Shown here piece after piece: positions 21,566 to 25,323 of a DNA stretch of 25,323 nt. The stretch's first letter is position 1; the number at the start of each line of letters is the position of its first letter. Location of the stretch: positions 124,001-149,323 of the forward strand of contig JALDZS010000040.1 of NCBI GenBank assembly GCA_022813965.1. Reading direction: 5' to 3'. Both the position numbers and the translations under genes were made by a program. This DNA comes from Toensbergia leucococca (taxonomy: Eukaryota). Under the pieces are notes generated by a model. It saw only the letters and a program-made list of their open reading frames with translations. It was not told where the DNA came from and searched no databases.

Positions 21566-22793
21566 CAATCTCTTTGTGTGCGTACATATATTACTAGGGA
21601 CGTGTGCCTCCGACAGCTATTCCCTTTGTCAGAAACATGATCGTGGCCAATATCCATCTTGAGGTGGGCTACCTTAGAAGGACTCCAGTAATACTATTCA
21701 TCATGAGCACAGATGAGATTCCTAGGGTATCCTATCTGCAGAGTATGTAGGTAGATGAGTGCTCAGGGGTACCAAGGTAGGGTCGTAGGTCGTAACTCGT
21801 ATTCGCCAAGTGTTTGCCAAGGCCGGAAAATAAAAGGCGGCGCCACTCGCATCGCAACCAGTCAACGACCCTCGGACCATTTATCATCCCTTTGTTCCTC
21901 CTTCCTCCTTCCTCCTTCCATCCTCTCTCCACTCTCTTCAGCCTCTCACTTTCTCTCGTCATCCATCTTCCACCAGTCATATATCAAGTCTGGGATGTGC
22001 TCTGCGCCCACATCAATGACCCTTGTTTCATAGAGGCTGTGTTGCTCCACTTCCCGCACTTCCGAGTCAGCACGGGATGCTCATCAGCAATAGAAAGCCC
22101 TCTTAACGAGATGTGAGTGGAGACGCCCCACAACTAACGATACGAGAAGCGGAGAATGATTTGTGAACCACCAACATTCGAGAATATTCTAGAAGCCTCA
22201 TGACCTACTAATAGACCAGCCCTCGGGTTTCTTTGCAAGGCTAACGGGGAGTTTGATTAAGGTAATGACGATGCTTAGTATTCACAGTAACTTAACCATG
22301 GCTCGTCGAGTCGCGAGACCGTACAGGATAGCCCTATGGGGACTGACAATACGGTCAAGCGTATCTTATTCATGATGTAGGGAATATGGAGTGCTTTCGT
22401 ACCCTTGATACACGGTGTGAGGTGTGCTAGTAGATGTCTATTTGTATTCGATGGTCAGCGTGTGGCTTCAATTTCAATTACGTTAGGGTTAGACATTTCC
22501 GAATCTTACTCTCGTTGTACTATCCAATTGCATTGTCTGATTTGTACGTATTTTTCCCTTATACGAGTCTTCACTGCTCATCCTTGCGCTGACGAGAGCG
22601 TTACGATGTTACACAAGACCCTTTCTTACGCCTCTTCTCTTGGACTTTAACATATAAGACTCCATTCCACCTTCTTTGTGTTTTGTGTTCCTATCAATCT
22701 GTATCCAACCACATTTACACCACATCTACACCAGATCATTCACACCTAGCTTCGAACCTGAAACCCTCAGACTCAACCTCAGACCAAGCAAAC

Positions 22794-23445
22794 ATGTTCT
22801 TCAACCCTGTAAGCCTATTGCTTTGCTCGACGTCATTGCTCGACCTCAAATGTCCCTTACGTTCGATGACGCTGACATCTTTATCAATTCCTCAGCTCTT
22901 CCTCCTTCCCCTCCTTTCTCTCGTACACGCCAGTCCTCTGAGTCCCCGTCAAGTCTACACCACGGAATTTGGAGGCGTTCCCGGTAGCAATACTTGCTCC
23001 GGATACGTCGCCTTCAATGAGACCGTTTCAACCGCTTCGCCATGCGTGTCACTCACAGTCTCCAGCTATCTAGTTGGACAACAGCCTTGTGGGTGCTTTT
23101 TCTTCTCACTCATGAACACCCGTTAGATCACATTGGTCGATTTCTTTAAAGCCCAGCTATGCGAGGCTGTATTGACCTGCATCTCTATCACCCCTCGTAA
23201 TCATCCTTTACCTGCCCCCGATTGATATAGCAAAAGTCTAGCTAGCTGACTCTTCCCTCTTCATGACCATAGCGACCGACTGCACCTTTACGCTCTTCAA
23301 TGGCTACGGCTGCGTAGCCGGGACCTCGATCGGAAGCACGGATATCCCAGCTGGCAAAGGGTCGGTGTGTGCATATGCGGGCGTCTATGACGGAGGCGCG
23401 TGCAGTTACTGCGTGCACCGCAGCGCTTCTTATACCTGTGCCTAG
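22794..23445 (+). CDS. Small secreted cysteine-rich protein (~126 aa, 8 Cys), effector-like
   Basis: Exons 22794-22808, 22896-23088 and 23273-23445 give signal peptide MFFNPLFLLPLLSLVHA, propeptide SPLSPR and a mature region with 8 Cys ending ...CSYCVHRSASYTCA*. Introns have GTAAGC/GTGGGT donors and CTGAC branch sites. TATA-like CATATAAG lies at ~22651. Confidence 0.8.
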
Positions 23446-23706
23446 TTTCTTGCACTCGTAGAAAGAGCGAGATGAATCTAGCGTGAGAGTGGAAGATAGT
23501 CGTGCAAAAACATGATAGTTAGAGAAAGGCATATGAAAGGGATGTCTAGAGATAGTGCTGGATCATTAGAATGATGTTTTTCAAATCAATGACTACTTTT
23601 CGTGGGATGCAACCCAACCGGTACTCGTAGGTATGCAAATCCCTAAAGATCACTTGTTGAAGAGCAAGTATTTGAGAAATGAGAACTAGATGCAAAACTT
23701 AAAACG

Positions 23707-24917
23707 CTCCTCAACTTATGTCAGGGTTGACTCACCCTACCCTCAAATAATAAGGTAGTGTTTCATCTTTTTAGACAAACCCATCAGGTTTTCTAGCAGC
23801 TTCATTCTCAGTCAGGATTTGTCATTCTCTCATTTGTCTCACTAATTCTAGTTTTCACTATCACTTCTATCTATGACCATAACATCAATTAACAACCTTA
23901 GCAGAAAAATTTCCATGAGATTAGTTCAGTGAATTGTGTTCAGAGATGACTGAGCATTATGAATTGATGAGATGTCTTGTATGTAGAGATGATGTTGTTT
24001 TGATGATGAGATGCAGATTGATAATAAAGTGATAGTTGTAGTTTAGAAAGAGATGAATTAGGTGGTTAAAGAAGAATGAGATGTGAGAGGTTGAAGATAA
24101 GGTGATAATAATGTTTTAGATCTTAGATTCTTTGCTTCTTCCCCTTAGATGCAAGATCAATGAGAGAAAATCTTATCATTTTGCACCTCATTTTTCCTCA
24201 ATTCCCTTTCACTGTGCAAGCCATTTACTTGTTCTATTGATGTGTCATCTAGAAGTCAAATTATCTAGAAGAAAATCAATGCTTTTAGATCACAATCTAA
24301 CTTAATGCCCTCACTCTCAGATCATAAAAACACCCTGATTTCACAAGTTATTCTACCTCCTTTGCAAAATCATAAAAACACTCTCTTATTCACAGAAACC
24401 TTTATCTCACCTCACCTTCTCTACATCCTTCCCTCCTTTAGATCTGAGTCACTCTTACTTACCTCAGTCACTTGAAGACCTTCTTCTATCTCTTTATAAA
24501 CTTGAAAAGTTTATACTGTGTATTATTTTTATTGAAGGTTTGTGATATTGTCTTATGTTAAAGATATTCTGTGAAATGATTGTGAAGGTGAGTGACTGTG
24601 TTGTTTTTGAAGTTATAGTAGAGGATCTTTTAATGATTTTGAGAAAAGAACTATATCTGTTGTTAGGGTCTGCAGAATAGTGAACTCATCACTTTTTTGT
24701 CATATCTCAGCGTTATAAAATAGGGAGTGATTCCCTCTAGACATTTTAGAAGTCTTGTAAGCACACAGAAGATTGATGATTGCAGTGAAAATTACTTTGT
24801 ACAGACAGGCAAAGGGGTCTGACTTGTAGAGACTTTAAGACATAGATTATGTTTGAGAATTTTTTTGTCTTAGGGAAAGGGGATATCAAAAGCAGTGAGA
24901 TTCTTTGGGGATTGATA
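23707..24917. other. ~1.2-kb AT-rich, nearly CpG-free degenerate relic (mutated repeat or duplicated segment)
   Basis: By-eye scan finds one CG (24711) in 23707-24917. No ORF is listed in any frame. Internal imperfect direct repeat ATCATAAAAACAC at 24321 and 24369. Confidence 0.7.
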
Positions 24918-25032
24918 CGGAGGTATCCGGAATGAAGAATGATTGTGATTGTTTTTGACGCTAGGGGTGATGGGAATGGAGTTATGATGTGGGTATCAAA
25001 TGCATGCGTGCTTTTTTCAGTAGGTTATTTTT

Positions 25033-25096
25033 GTTACTTTGAAATGGCACGCGTTTACTTCTAAATGGCACGCGAATAGAAGAGGAAATGGTACGC
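25033..25096. repeat. Short direct repeats: TTACTT..AAATGGCACGCG x2 (21-bp period) plus a third core AAATGGTACGC
   Basis: Copies at 25033-25053 and 25054-25074, and a core at 25086-25096. Confidence 0.75.
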
Positions 25097-25323
25097 CATA
25101 GAGGTTAGAGAACCAAAGGGCAAAAGTGGTGTGGAATCCCCGGTTTTTTTTCCCTCGGTGATTTTGCGCCCGGGGACTGGTTTGGGGGGGGAGGGGAGTT
25201 GATGTATCAGTATTGATTGGGATGTACTCTAGAACTAGTGATTCCCATTTGTAAATTGAAAGAAGGGGGGGGTATATAACATGAACACAGAAAAGCAAAG
25301 GCGCCACAAAACCCGAAGATTTC

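Noticed and set aside
22264..22346. Possible box C/D snoRNA (ATGACGA...CTGA)
   Set aside because: Box C is imperfect, there is no terminal stem, and I recognise no rRNA-complementary guide.
25017..25307. 96-aa minus-strand ORF
   Set aside because: Non-ATG start, crosses homopolymer runs and short repeats, and has no protein-like motif.
1..25323. Starship or other giant mobile element as the explanation for the accessory-type gene content
   Set aside because: No tyrosine recombinase (DUF3435 captain), no recognisable DUF3723 or other hallmark gene, and no boundary in this window. It cannot be excluded at larger scale.

Overview
Filamentous ascomycete (Pezizomycotina-type) genomic DNA with short GT..AG introns and CTAAC/CTGAC branch sites. 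No rRNA, tRNA, CRISPR or intact transposase was recognised. From left to right: (1) a decaying tandem array of one hypothetical F-box-like gene family (pseudogene 651-1507, intact copy 2265-3080, 3' fragment 3190-3322); (2) a young 156-bp pogo/Fot1-like MITE inside a CpG-depleted relic; (3) a 2OG-Fe(II) dioxygenase with a 663-bp long-TIR element 184 bp upstream of its ATG; (4) a Zn2Cys6 transcription factor divergent from an intronless HeLo (HET-S-like cell-death domain)-ankyrin fusion with no NOD domain; (5) an FSH1 serine hydrolase; (6) a protein with two tandem Cys-patterned domains; (7) a protein with two C2HC zinc-finger-like motifs, PY motifs and a vWA domain; (8) a 2xRRM protein; (9) a small secreted 8-Cys protein; (10) a ~1.2-kb almost CpG-free relic. 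Gene models were spliced by hand and family calls come from motif recognition, not database searches. The best candidates for unusual biology are the HeLo-ankyrin fusion, the zinc-finger/PY/vWA protein and the CpG-directed decay pattern.
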